Part shown: positions 39,672-52,734 of the stretch, piece by piece
How the letters are laid out: each line of letters begins with the position of its first letter
How positions within the stretch are numbered: the first letter of the stretch is position 1
Assembly (NCBI RefSeq): GCF_036321535.1
Contig: NC_087436.1
Span: 310,001-374,000, forward strand
DNA length: 64,000 bases
Direction of reading: 5' to 3'
Origin: Camelus dromedarius
Lineage: Eukaryota
Notes under the pieces: model-generated
What the model saw: the letters and a program-made list of their open reading frames with translations, nothing else
Database searches by the model: none
What the model was told of the DNA's origin: nothing
Translations under genes and position numbers: made by a program

Positions 39672-40831
39672 TGATACAAAAAAAAACATGGGGCATGAGA
39701 AGGGCTGTGCCCCAGGCTTTGGTTGAGCCCCTGGAATGTGCCCCGTCCGATGTGGGTCCCTGGTTTCATGCAGGAAAGAATTCAAAACCAAGCCACTGTT
39801 GAGTAAAGGTAGATTTATTCAGATAGATTCATTGAAAGGCAAGAGAAACACCACGAGGTTTTGGGGTTTGATGCTCTGATTAAAAGTAGGTACTGGGATA
39901 TCAAAATTGTAGAATAGATAAACAAGATTATACTGTACAGCACAGGGAAATTTACACAAAGTGTTATGGTAACTAACAGAGAAAAAAGTGTGACAATGAG
40001 TGTTAATATGTGCATGTATGACTGAAAAATTGTGCTGAATACTGGAATTTGATACAACATTGTGAAATGATTATAAATCAATAAAAAATGTAAAAAAAAA
40101 AAAAAACAATGTGAGGAAGTTTTCAAAGAATGGTTCCAGATATAAAACCCTTTCTGAGCATTTTCTCTATTTTGTGTGAAATGCATTTTTACTTGAAATT
40201 TGACTATAGTTGATCTTAATTCTTTCAAATATGGCAGGGTTTTTTATTTTTTTCAATTTCTTCTTTCTCTTTTTTTTTGTTTTTTTGAGCATGAAATCTG
40301 TTAGAACTATGGCTAAAGCGTAAACAAAGCGTTGCTGAATTTTAAGTGTCATCTGTTGGCTGTAATGCTTAGAAAACGTCTGTATTTTGAAATAAAAATC
40401 TTTAATGCTAACTAAAAAAAAAGTAGGTACACACTCCACAGACAGAGTGTGGGCCTTCTCCAAAGAGGGAGAGGGAGGGGTGCCCGCGAGGTGGTGCTGT
40501 GTTGCTGGTTTTCATGGGCTTGGTGGTTTCATATGCTAATAAGTAGAAGGACCTGCCTAGGGGCAAGGGGTTGGAATTCCCAGGGAGTTGGCCATTTCCC
40601 ACCATTTGACCTTTTTTGGCTAGCCTTGGGACTGCCATGATGCCTGGGGTTGTGTTATTCACCATGTTACTATTACAGTGGGTGTAAAATAATGCTCAAG
40701 TTCTGCTAGAAGTTAAATCTCTTCATCCTGAGCCTCAAGGCCTATTGGGGGTTGAATGCTTCACCATTTTGATGTTAATTACTGTGGCCTTCCTTGAATG
40801 GCTGTGCTCTGGCCCCTTCCATCCTGTCTCA
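39672..40831 (-). mobile_element. Solo LTR interrupted by an L1 insertion
   Basis: TGATAC...GTCTCA termini and 4-bp TSD CTGT (39668-39671, 40832-40835). Minus-strand AATAAA near 39815. Confidence 0.75.
39894..40418 (+). mobile_element. 5'-truncated L1 3' end with a ~305-bp 3'-transduced segment
   Basis: TSD AAAAGTAGGTAC at 39882-39893 and 40419-40430. L1 3' UTR with poly(A) to about 40107, then non-L1 sequence, AATAAA at 40391, and a second poly(A). Confidence 0.85.
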
Positions 40832-41094
40832 CTGTGGTGACACAGAGAGAGCAAAGGCCAGGCCCTGCTTGTGCTCCTGCATTTAACAGGGGGAGGGGTG
40901 GTGTGGGCTGAGGATGACTCTGAGTGGTGAGAAGGATGTTTCAGATTTTCCCACGTGGGACATGGGGACTTGCCAGCAGCCACCGCAGATTTATCTCACG
41001 GGCATTATCGCTTGTGTCACTCATCTTTTTCTATTTTTTTTTAAGTATTTAATCGAAATTAAATATCAGATATCTTTCATAAAGAAATTTCTCT

Positions 41095-41228
41095 TTTCCT
41101 TTTCTTTGGGGCTCTTTTTGGGGGTTAGGCAATTAGGTGTATTTATCTGTTAGTGGAGGCCCTGGGGCTTGACCCCAGAACCCCGTGCATGCTAAGCACT
41201 CGCTCTACCACTGAGCTCTACCACCACC
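41095..41228 (-). mobile_element. Vic-1-type SINE
   Basis: aggcaattagg...ctggggcttgacccca...gtgcatgctaagcactcgctctaccactgagctc. Confidence 0.8.
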
Positions 41229-41579
41229 TCATCATCTTTTTCTTTTTGCTTTAGCTGCCAAGAATCTTACAGCTGAATTTCTAGTCGGCCTTTAACACTT
41301 ACCCTGACTTCATGGCATCCATTTTTATGACTTTACCTCCCCCTGGTTTCATTTAAGTATTGAATCTCCTTTTTCTCTTCACTGTCACTTTTGTCTTTTT
41401 GTTGTTATGGTTGTTAAGCTGTGTTTAAAAAATTGTTTAAATTCTCTTTTAGCAGGAAGTTGAAAGTAAATATATATGTAAACAAATTTATCACACTTAA
41501 ATGCTTTTATACATTCTAAGCTGTTTAGTAGTTACTTAAAAACCGAATGGAATATTAAAGGGAAAACATTTTAAAATCA

Positions 41580-41765
41580 CTTTTTTAATTTTTTATAAAG
41601 GTATAGCTGATTTACAATATGATATAAGTATCAGGGTGTTAAATAGATGCACAATTTTTAATGTTATGCTCCTTTTATAGTTTTTGTAAAACATTGGCTA
41701 TATTCCCTGTGTTGTAAGATACATCCCTGTAGTGTGTTTATGTTACATGGAGAAGTTTGTATAAG
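41580..41765 (-). mobile_element. Short L1 3' end
   Basis: T-rich tail, then gtatagctgatttacaatat...aacattggctatattccctgtgttgta. Confidence 0.7.
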
Positions 41766-42259
41766 AAAGCTGGTTATCGCAGAGTCTGGGGCGTGGCTGT
41801 GTCTGACCCAGGTTCACGCTCACCCTGCCTGTCAGAGCCCAGGCCCTCACTCCTGCCTGCAGGGCCGCAAGTGGAGGCAGGTCTCATCAGCGCTGGCACC
41901 ACCCCCTGAGTGGCAGTGACAGCAGTGACTGTCTGTGGACATGCAAATTGTTGTTCCAGGAGCTTTACATGCATTTCTGCATTTAATAATTAAAGCCCTC
42001 CTGTGAGGAATCGTTTTATGTTTTTAATGAATAATACATTTTATTTTGATTTTGATAGAATTCAAACCTCCGGAAAATTTATAGGAATAGTACAATAAAC
42101 GCTTAGATACAGTTCACCTAAAAGGGCACAATTAGCCCTTTTGTGTCTGGCTTTTTTTAGCATAAAGTTTGAAGGTTCACCCATGTTGTAGCCTGAATCA
42201 GTACTTTATTCTTTGGTTTGATAATATCCTTTATCTTTTTGTTCGTTTTTGGTCTATTT

Positions 42260-43670
42260 AAACATATTTTAATTGAAGTCTAGTCAGTTTATAATGCTGC
42301 ATCAGTTTCTTGTGTACAACACAACACTTCAGTTATATAGGAACATACCTGTATTCATTTTCACATTCTTTTTAAACATAATTTACTATAAGATACTAAA
42401 TATATTTTCCTGTGCTATACAGTATAAATTTGCCGTTTATTCTATACATAGTCGGTATCTGCAAATCTTGAACTCCCAATTTATTCCTTCCCATACCCTC
42501 TCCCCTCTGGTAACCATAGTTTGGTTTCTATGTCTCTGTGTCTGTTTCTGTTCTGTAGATAACTTTATCTTTTTGTTTGTTGGTTGTTTTATTTTTTTTT
42601 AGATTCCACATGTGAGCGATCTCATATGGTATTTTTCTTTCTCTTTCTGGCTTACTTCACTTAGAATGTCATTCTCCAAGTCCATTCATGCTGCTGCAAA
42701 TGGCATTAATTTATTATTTTTTTATGGATGAATAGTAGTCTAATGTACAAATATACTACAACCTCTTTATCCAGTCATCTGTCAGTGGACATTTAGGTTA
42801 TTTCCATGTCTTGCTATTGTAAATAGTGCTGCTCTGAACATTGGGGTGTAGGTGTCTTTTTGAATTAGGGTTACTTCTGGATATAAGCCCAGGAGTGGGA
42901 TTTCTGGGTCATATGAGAGGTCAATTTTTTGTCTTTTGAGGAACATCTATAGTGTTTTCCACAATGGCTCCACCAAACTGCATTCTCACCACACTGTAGG
43001 AGCGTTCCCTATTCTCCACAGCCTCTCCAGCATTTATTGTTTGTGAACTTCTGAATGATGGCTATTCTGACTGGTGAGAGGTGATACTTGATTGCAGTTT
43101 TGATTTGCATTTCTCTGATAATGATATTGAGCATTTTTTCATGTGCCTATTGGCCATTTGTATGTTTTCATTGGAGAAATGTTTGTTTAGGTCTTCTGCC
43201 CATTTCTGGATTGAATTGTTTGTTTTTCTTTCTTATCAAGTGTAAAAGGTGTTTACATATTCTGGGAATTAGGCCCTTGTCAGTTTAATTCATTGCAAAT
43301 ATTTTCTTCCATTCCATAGGTTGTTTTTTTGTTTTGCTTACTGTTTCCTTTGCTGTTCAAAAGCTTGTAAGTTTAATTAGATCCCACTTATATATATTTG
43401 CTTGTATTTCTATTGCTTGAGTAGACTGCTCTAGGAGAACATTGCTGAGATGTATGTCAGATGATTTGCCTATATTTTCGTCTAAGAGGTTTATAGCGTC
43501 TTGTCTACATATTTAAGTCTTTAAGCCATTTTGAATTTATTTTTGTGTATGCTGTGAAGGAGTAGTCTAACTTCATTGATTTACATGCAGCTGTCCAGTT
43601 TTCCCTACACCATTTGCTGAAGAGGCTATCTTTATTCTATTGTATGTTCTCACCTCCTTTGTCAAAGATT
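42260..43670 (-). mobile_element. Younger lineage-specific L1, ~1.4-kb 3' end, nested in the older L1M
   Basis: Well-preserved antisense ORF2 C-terminal and 3' UTR motifs (ttagattccacatgtgagcgatctcatatggtatttttctttctctttctggcttacttcacttagaatg). Confidence 0.88.
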
Positions 43671-43812
43671 CAAAGACCAAAACTTTGTGGGACTATGCTT
43701 GGTAATTTTGTTTATACATTCATTGATGGATGGATATTGTTTGTAACTTTTGGCTACTATGAATATTGATGTACAAGTTTTTTGTGAGAATATGTTTTCA
43801 TTCTTTTGGCTG

Positions 43813-43953
43813 TAGAGTTGGCCCACCTTATGTGTAGTTTCCACTTCATGGATCCAGATGGCTGATTGTAAAGAGACTCGAACATCCTTGGATTATGGTA
43901 TCCAGGGTGGGGGTTCCAGAAATCAACCCCCCGAGGATACTGAGGGATGGCTC
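43813..43953. mobile_element. Internally deleted MER2/Tigger-like DNA transposon fossil
   Basis: Ends resemble the MER2 termini (agttggccc...; ...ggatactgagggatggct). Confidence 0.6.
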
Positions 43954-44389
43954 AATATGTAGGAGGGGAATTGCTGAGCCATATAACTCTAAACTTTTGA
44001 GGAAACACCAGACTTCTGCAAAGAAGCTGCACCATTGTCCCTTTCCAATGGCCACATATAAGGTATCTCTTCCTCCTGAACGACACTTGTTATTGTCCAT
44101 GTTTGATTATAACCATCCTATTGGGTGTAAAATGAGATCGCATTTTGATACTGATTTGGCTAGTGATGCTGAGCATCTTTTCATATGCTTATTGGACGTT
44201 TGTGTATCTATTTAAATCCTTGGCAAATTTAAAAATTGGGTCGATTTTCTTTGTCTTGTTCAGTTGTAAGCATTTGTTATATATCCTGGATACTAGTCTC
44301 TTATTAGATATATGCTTTGCAAAATTTTTCTCCTATTCTGCAGATTCTCATTTCACTTTAGTTTTCTTAAACATTAAAACAATTTCTTT

Positions 44390-44472
44390 ATAGGGGAGGT
44401 AATTAGATGTATTGATTTATTTTATTTTTCTTGCTAAGCACGCACTCTATCCCTTAGAAACAACCTTCCCCT
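44390..44472 (-). mobile_element. Partial Vic-1-type SINE
   Basis: ggggaggtaattag...gctaagcacgcactcta...cttcccc. Confidence 0.65.
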
Positions 44473-47400
44473 GTAATTTCACTTTCTTGATGATGTCCTT
44501 TGTAAGAAAAAGGTTTTAACTTTGATGAAGTCCAGTTTATCTGCCTTTATCTTCTGTCACTTCTGCTCTTGGTATTGTATCTAGGAAACCAAAACCTATC
44601 CTAGGACCACAAAGATTTATACTGTGTCTTCTTTTAGAATGTTTATAGGTTTAGTTATTATGTTTCTGTCTGTGATCCATTTTGAATTAATTTTTATTTG
44701 TTATATACATTATGGGGGGTCCAGATTCCATATTCATTCTTTTGCCTGCAGATACCCAGCTGTCCTTGCACCATTTGTTGAATAGACTATTCTTTCAATG
44801 GAGTGTTGTTGGCACTCTTGTGGAAAACTGACTGTAAATGTAAGTTTTTCCCCTCTGGGTTTTATTGTGTCTCATTGACTTATTTATCAAAACTTATGCC
44901 AGCACTATACTGACTTGAGTACTATAGCTTTTTAGTAAACTTTAAAGTGAGTCCTCCAACTTTGTTCTTCTTTTTCAAGATTGTTTTGTCTGTCCTGGTC
45001 CCCTTGCACTTCCATATGAATTTTGGTATCAGTTTTTCAATTTTTGAAAAGAATTCAGCTGGAATTTTGATAGCGATTCCACTGAATTTGTAGATCACTT
45101 TGGGGAGTCTTAACATTTTTAACAATATTGTCTACTATTCCATGAACATGGGATGCCTTCCATATATGTAAATCTTTTAAAGTTTTCTTCGGTGATACTT
45201 CAAAATGTTCAATGTACAAATCTTGTAAATTTTTGTTAAATGTACCTCTCATTTTATTTTTAATGCTGTTGTAAATGGAAAGGCTATGCTTCTTCAGGCG
45301 GACTATATATCAATTTGTTTATTTCTAGGATTCCTACACAACAAATACCCTAGGTTTAAATTTGCTACATAAATCTATCCACATCTCTTCCCAACCCTGT
45401 GTTATAAGAAACCAAGACCCAAGTTAGGCTACATGAACACCTATGTGGAAGTGAGAAATGAGAAATGAGACCCTTGGGTGGGGCTTTGTGTAGATGATAC
45501 TGACAGCTTATTCAGGATGGCTTTATCTTAATTTCTTTTAAACAACTCTTCCGGTGTATTTAGTCAGATACATTAAGAACATGCCCTTTTGATGTGCAGA
45601 GGAGCTAAGATTATCATTTTCAAATAATTTCTAGTGAGAGTGTTGTACTTGAAACCCAATTTGCATCAATCTTTGAAGATTTATGTTTCAGGAGCTTTGA
45701 CTAAACTACACATGTTTATTCAATAATGACAACTAAATGCTCAAGCAACATGTAAGAGTTTGAGCAAACTGCCCCCGGCCCATAGTGCTGGTTGGCTGCA
45801 GCTGTAAATGGAGTCAGCGCTTACCTCTCCCTGTACGCTTGTGCTGATCTGCTCAAAGGGTTTCATCCAACAGTTTGTCTGTAGTCTGTTGGACAAAGCC
45901 ATAAAACGTTGATTTAAGTTTGCTGGAATGGAATATATTCTTATTAATATTAAGTAAGCACATATTGAGCGCTTACTGTATGGTGGAATTGTCCCTCAGC
46001 CTCACATGAATATTATTTCTCTTAAAACCTCACATATTTCCTTGTTATTCTCAATTTACAGATAAGGAGACTGAGAATTAGGTCTTCTCTCTTTTGGGGG
46101 GAGCTCATTATCAATGACTGGAAGTTGTGAGGAAAAAGATATTGATTCATCCTGAAAAAACATTTTTTTGAGAGTCAGCAATGAAGAGGGTGACCACTGA
46201 AGAAGGTGATCATTGTTCGAGTGAGATGAGCCCCAGGTTGTACGGAGTCAGCATCCTTGTCTTGGTCATGGCCAGTGTAGAGCTGCGTTGTGGGTGAGGT
46301 GGCGTGGCCGTGCAGGGAATGAGGATGCCGGGCCATTGGGCTTTTCTCAGGCCCAGTGGGGCTTTCTCTTAAGGGCAGTGGACCGTCATTGACAGATTTT
46401 AAATAGGGGAGTAGGGTGCTCTCATAGATCACTTTTGTATTGTAGAATGCTGGGAAACATTTAGAAGGCTCGGCAGGAGGTGATGTGATGAGTCAGAGTA
46501 GGGTGGCTGCGAGGTGTAGCAGTGTTCAATTTTCAAGTGGTTTTCAGTCCCATGTTTGTGGCTTAGTAGCCGTTTCACTTTGGATGACGCACTCAAGGAA
46601 GTGAAACAATTTATCTAATCAATTAAAGCAGTGACGTACCGACTTCCCAGGACTGCTGTGGAGATCCAGTGAGATAACATGTTCACAGTGTGCAGCATGG
46701 ACCCCAGCACAAAGTCAGTGCTGAGTGAGTTCCAGTGAGTACCTGGTAGGTCAGGTGTGGGTGGTGGGGCTCGGTGACTGAGGAAATCTGGGCCCTGAAG
46801 GATGGGTCCAGTCACATCTGTGAGTGATGGGCCTGAGCTGGGGGAGGCAGAGAGACCTTGCCCCCCAACCAGTGGCCCTGGGCAGGACGGCTATGGGAGG
46901 AGATCCGTGAAGTCAGCTCTTTGCAGGTGGAGTTGGAGGTGCCCTTGAGACATCTAAGTGCAATGTCACGAGCTCAAAGAGGAGGTCTGGGCTCAGGCTG
47001 TGCATTTTCCTATAATCTCAATCCCTGAGGACGCCGAGGTATTGATCACTGAACGTGAAGACATACTTTACAGGACAAGTGAATAGTAGTATCATCTCTG
47101 TCATGAAAGCTCACGTCTCTTTATTCATCACCCACTTTCCTAATTGGGTACTTACAGGGCGGTTCTTCACCGCCCTCCCCTGGGCTCTGGCTCCACATTA
47201 AAGAGCTGGTGGGCCACCCTCTTTTCCAGAAGAAGACACATTTAGCTGGTAGCCTTCTGTACCTTGCCAGACGTAGAATTTCAGTTTGTTGTTTTAATTC
47301 TATTTTCTGTTGGCCATCTCCTGACAGGAGAGAAGTTCTACCTCATGGTCATGTTTCAATTAGCTGTTACTGAGAATTGCTGCTCTGATCCATTATGTAT

Positions 47401-49337
47401 GTATTTTATTAACTTTGTAGAGTATTTCTCATTTTTCTGTCTTTGCCCTTTAATTTTGTATGCCATTTCAAGGTTCTATCCTATTTGGGGCCTTATTTTT
47501 TTAATTAAACAGTATCTGTTAGTTAAGAAAAGAAAAGCAAAGAAAAAATGCACATGATACCTAAATTTAGAAAATATCTAGTGTGTTTCCTGTCTCGGCA
47601 ATGGAGTGATATAGAAACTCGTTAAAACCTTCATTACATAAGTTCCTTAAAATGCTGATTAAGAAATAAAACCTTCCTTCCTCATCTTTCCAGCTGCACA
47701 GCTAATTGCCAAGAAAGTGAGGGGAAATACTCAGAATCCAAGACAAACAAGAAAGGGATTCTGGGAAGTAAGCGAGCATTAGAAGCGCTTGGGGGGCCGT
47801 TTGGCTCCTGAGCTGGGTTTCAAATGCCCTGACAGGAGGGCAGGAGTTGAGCCCCAAGCCTCTCACAATGGGAGTTGAGTGGCTGATCTTATGTAAGGCC
47901 AAGCAGATCCTGAGAAGCCTGGTTTACTAAAGGGTGAACTAAGAAAAAAAATTCCTCAAGGCAAGAAAGTAAGGAAAGTCAATTTTGTTGGGAGAGGGGA
48001 AAATAACAAATCCAAAGTAGGGATATAATTTAAAGCTGTTCTGGCATGAGAGTGACCACAAACTCCTGGCAGAAAAACACAGCTACTCCTGGAATGAGAA
48101 ACTGTGTTTTGAATGGATCAGTGAACCGCCATTCCGAAAAAGGCCTCCAGAGTCTTGTGGATCAAGATACTGGACCGCAAACACCTCTCTTCCAAGGTCT
48201 CATTCAAATAACCAGAAAGGTTTTAAAGGAAAGAAGCCATAATCATAGTTCTATTTATTGACATTACTGTATGCTAGGAATTCAGAGGTGACTATGGAGT
48301 CACCTCTTTTATGGACCTCACTTTCTGTTTGGGGAGACAAACTGACATAGTTGGGGAGCTTGGTGGAGGGAGTTGTTAGTCTGTTGCAATTAGCTAGGAA
48401 AGGAGATTAAGAAATCAGTGAAGAGTGGGTGAACTTTTTAGCTGAGGAGAGTCTTGTTCAGTTGGCTTTTAATTTCAGGCTCGATGAGTTTTCACTGGAG
48501 GGAACAGATCTTATGGAGGATGGACTTTGCTGAAGCCTCTTTAGAATGGACAAGTGAACTTGGACAAAGACAGTCAAATCTGTGCAGACATTGAAGTTCA
48601 CTTGAATGAGCTCCATCCCTGAGCCAAAAATAGGACAAATATTCAGCACTCCTTGAGGACAGAGGAGTGGTTTTTAAGGTTCTCCAAGAATGAATCCCAG
48701 GGAACTCTGATGGCCAGTTGTCAAACTGTGACTTTGTTCTTTGGACGGTGTACCCACCAAGTGTATTGGAATTTTATAGGTTTCCATTTCTCTTTAATTC
48801 ATGTCAGGTGATGAGGACGTGGTCACAAGCATTTGACACCTTGTCGAGGTGACTTTGGGTACCTGCCTAGAAGCGCAGGCACAGCTGAGGATGCATCATA
48901 CGTCTTGCCGCCCTTCCCGTTCCCTGGCTCCGTGATCACGGCAGAGTGGTTCCTTGTTGAGCTGTCCGTCTCCTCTGTGACATCATAACCCATGAAAAGA
49001 CTGGAGCATATTAACTTGGCTTTGTTAAAGTCAAAGGAACAGATCTAATATGGAGTCAGATTTGTTCTTTCCTACTTCAGTAGTACCATGGAGAAGGCAC
49101 TTTGGGCAGCTTTTTATAGGGTCCTGGAGGCTTTCTCTCTCAGCCTCTGGGCGCCTCTATAACAAACTCTTCATAGATATCTGGCTTGCTGGAAATCACT
49201 CCGACTCTTTTGCCCTGAAAATGTGTTCTGTTTATAACCCTTCCCTACACCTTGGAAAAAACTCAATAAAAACTCAGTGGGTTTTACACAAACCAAGGGC
49301 AGGGGTGAGGGATAGCATGTTACAATTTTATAAAATT

Positions 49338-49361
49338 AATAATTAATAATAATAATAATAA

Positions 49362-49407
<46 letters not shown>

Positions 49408-49426
49408 TAATAATAATAATAATAAT
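49338..49426. repeat. (AAT)n microsatellite
   Basis: About 90 bp of AAT with a few interruptions. Confidence 0.95.
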
Positions 49427-49810
49427 GGAATACTTAAAACAGCACTGGGCACATAGGAGAGAGTCAATAAATGGTTCCTGGCTTAAATCAAAAGTGATGG
49501 TTCAGTGATTCCATGGCTGCTGTATTTGCTGTGCTAGTTACTCCTTTGCTCCATTACAATTTTTTTTACTGAAAAAGAAATACATGCATGTGGTTAAAAA
49601 AATTCAAACAGAGCACAAAAATACACAAGTGAAAGAAGTTTTCCCTCATCCTCTGTTCTTTCAGCCCTCCCTGGAGATGCCACTGTTTACTAATCTTTGT
49701 GTGATTTTCCAGATATGCTATGCACATTCCCACCTATGTATGTAAATTCCTTTAAAGTTTTAGTTATATTTAACTTAAAGTGATGCAAATACTGAAGTGG
49801 CTTCTTCCCC

Positions 49811-50294
49811 GGTAACAGAAAAGAACAAATCTGTCTCCATATTAGATCTATTCCTTTGATTTTAACACTGTGCTCTGCCTCCTAGGCTTCATCTTGCTTG
49901 TATAAAAATGTTGCCTAGAGCCTGAAATATACAGGAGAGCCTATTCTGAAGGCTCTGCCCTTTAAGGATATTTAACACTTTTTCATTCATAAAAAGATTA
50001 CAAGTTGCAGAATAGAAAATAACGTTTGTTTTGCTGGAGGTTTACAGAGATTTGACCCAGGCAGATAGGTGCAAGAACAAAGGATTCTAAAAACAAAGAA
50101 TTCCTACACCAAGAAGTTTGCTACAACTAAGCACGTAGGAAAGGAGCCTGAATTCTGACTTGGGGAGATGGTTTTCCAGGACATTAGTTTGCCATCTAGG
50201 TCTACAGAAACTTGCTATTCCATGCCCCAACACCTGGTCTCCGAACTTATTGGCCTGTCCTAAACTGAGGAGAATGAATTTGGACTCGGTAACA
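49811..50294 (+). mobile_element. Solo ERV1-type LTR upstream of the CpG island
   Basis: Starts (G)GTAACAGAAAAGAACAAATCTGTCTCCATATTAGATC, related to the LTR at 25089-25625, and ends GGTAACA. Imperfect TSD CCCC/CTCC. Confidence 0.75.
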
Positions 50295-50939
50295 CTCCTA
50301 TCTACCTAGCAAGCTGGGCACTGGAACTGAGGACATCTTTCCCACACCCAGGGAACTGCTGTGAGCCCTTGATGGTTCCACTAGGGTGGGGTGTGGTTTA
50401 CCCAGGAGGGATAGGGACTATGCACCAACACTGAGGCAGTCTGCTCTGTCTGGGGCTCTGATCTACCTCCCGCTCCCCACCAGCCCAACAACTGGGACAG
50501 TGGAGCCAAGGCAGAGATCGTGCCTGCCTGTTTCCCAGCGTGTAAAAGCTGAATATGTACTCTTCCCAAGGTAGTTCTGAGCGACAACACCTTCGGGCGC
50601 TTGGTTCCCAGAGCAACAGAAAACCCAGCTCTGCGTGGGGGCAACGGGTGTGATCCCTGTAGGGGTTCTGCAGAGGCCTTGGCTGGAGGGCTGGACCAGG
50701 GAGGTAAAACTTGAGCTGCGGGCCTTGAAGTGTTAGAGAAGGGTACAGAGGCAGGACTGCCTCCTCCTTTGTGGTGCCCCCAGAGGTAAAGATTTTTCTC
50801 CCCATCTCCGCTACTCCCCTCCCCTCTCCAGATCCCTCCCTTCTCTCTGCACCTCCTGTCCATCTGTTTCACTCCACTTTCCCCTCCTCTCCTCCTTCTC
50901 CCATCTTATCCCTCCATTGCTGCCCCAGCTTTTCTCGCA

Positions 50940-51620
50940 GAACCAAGAGGATCCCTGGTCCTCCTGCGCATGCGAAGTCGGTGCACGCTGGACCGCCGGG
51001 TTGGAAGCCCCAGCTCCAAGCCGGGGATCGGCCCCAAAGGCTTCTCAACTCTGTCTCCCTGTAGGCTTTGGCTCCTTCCAGAAGCCTGGGCCTCTTGCTG
51101 TGGAAGTGCAAGTTGGGGTCTCCCGGGAAAGGGGTCAGGCGGCTGCGGGAGGGCGGTCTGCGTGTCACAGCATGCGAGGGCATGAGTCAGCGTGTGTTCA
51201 GCTGAATTCCTTGGACCAGGCACCTCTGACCGCACCACCTGCCCCGGCGCCCCGGCCACAGCTGCCCAGGGCCAGGTGTGCACCTGCCGCCTCTCGCCCC
51301 AGCCGGGCTCCCCTCAGTCCGCGGCTGGCGTCCCCTTCCCCTCTCCCGCTCGTGAGTCCTCTCCTCCCGGGCTTCCTCTCCTCGGCTGCCGGCCCGTCCC
51401 TGCCCCTGGGAGGGCTGTGTCCCGGGCAGGCGGGGTCTGCGGACCCAAACGGGGGCGGGCGGCTGGGGCTGGAGCTGGCCTCCTAGAGGGGCTGCAGCCC
51501 GCGTCCACACACCGCCACTTTCCCTGCCCCGCGACCCCGGGGCTCCCCTCCTCTCCCTTTCCCGCTCCCTGAGGACAAGCTCAGCAGCGTGGGTGCTGCT
51601 CCCCGGGCTGAGAGTCTCCA
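50940..51620. promoter_or_regulatory. CpG island / probable promoter and first exon of unit B
   Basis: Only long GC- and CpG-dense stretch in the window. NRF1-like TGCGCATGCG at 50965-50974, AP-1 TGAGTCA at 51183-51189, GC boxes. Lies about 4 kb upstream of TRAPPC9 exon 2. Confidence 0.75.
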
Positions 51621-51710
51621 GCTGTAAAGCCCAGCTTCTCCTGGTGGAGTCAGGAAAAGGGAGCGCCAGTGCTGAGCGAGCTTCCTTCTCCTCCCTCAGT
51701 GTTTCTGCTC

Positions 51711-51719
51711 CAGGTAAGT
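51711..51719 (+). promoter_or_regulatory. Consensus 5' splice site CAG|GTAAGT at the 3' edge of the CpG island (putative exon 1 donor)
   Basis: Perfect donor consensus, junction after 51713. Confidence 0.6.
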
Positions 51720-52734
51720 ACCTTGAACACTTTCAGTTTTTATGATGGCGGTGCTTGTTTATGACACGTGTTTTTGTAGTGAGAGGGATTACAGTGTTGA
51801 AAGCAGGGCTTTGTTCAGTTAGAAATGAACTGAAGGCATGAGGCTGCGACATCCTCCTTCCTTCCCTCTCCCAGAGTGAAACATGTGACCGCTGATTTTA
51901 GGAATACAGTTACAGTCCCTAAGTAGTCCAGCCCAGCTAGTGTGTGTTAACAGGAACAGCACCACCAGAGGCGTTGAAGACCTAGGGACATTGCAGTCCT
52001 AAAGAGCTCCTGGCACAGTTTGGTTTGTTTTGGTTTTTTCTTTTTCTTAAATTGTGGGGCAGACTAGTTGTATAGAGTGAAAAATAATTGTCAAGAAATA
52101 TTTTTTCATATAACAGCTTTATTGTGATATTCTTCACACACTGTGAAGTCCATCCATTTAAATGGTACAATTCAGCAGCGTTTAGCATATTCACAGTGGT
52201 GCAACCATTATTATTCTAGAACGTTTTCATCACTTCAGAAAGAACAGTGGAAATGAATGACCTAACTACCCTTCCCCAGTGGTGGTTCTAAAGAAGTTTC
52301 TTGGCTGTTCCTGACCCTAAATTAACTTGTTACATTCCATGAAATATCTGGTTGGTATTCTAATCAGAATTGCATTGAAACTGTCTATCAAGACAGGAAG
52401 AATTAATGTCTTTATGGCTTAAACTTCTTCTACGCATGAATAAATCTGGGATCCTATCTTTTCATCTGTCCAGAGCCTGGCCCATGGGAAGTCCTCACTA
52501 ATTTTGGGGCTTGTGAATGATGAGATTCTATACATCGTTAGTTGCAACTGTTGCCTTTCACAGGAGAGAAAAGTAACCTCAGTGAAGCCAAGTAACTCTC
52601 TGATGGTGAGAAAGATTTCAGTCAGTGCTGGAGTGATCCAGTGGACTTGGTGCTTGCAACCAGAATTCTCCACCACCTACTGCTAAGGGGATTAGAGTTT
52701 TCTTCTATTTTTTTCTTAATGGCGTTGCTTTTAT

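Larger units (their letters stand above)
42127..45280 (-). mobile_element. Old L1M (ORF2 3' part) carrying nested younger insertions
   Basis: Minus-strand ORF2-like peptides in the track (LPKVIYKFSGIAIKIPAEFFSKIEKLIPKFIWKCKGTRTDKTILKKKNKVGGLTL at 44922-45125). Interrupted by a younger L1, a MER2-like element and a SINE. Confidence 0.85.

Noticed and set aside
50381..51572. Many overlapping Pro/Gly/Arg-rich ORFs
   Set aside because: Expected from stop-codon scarcity in a GC-rich island; no recognisable domain.
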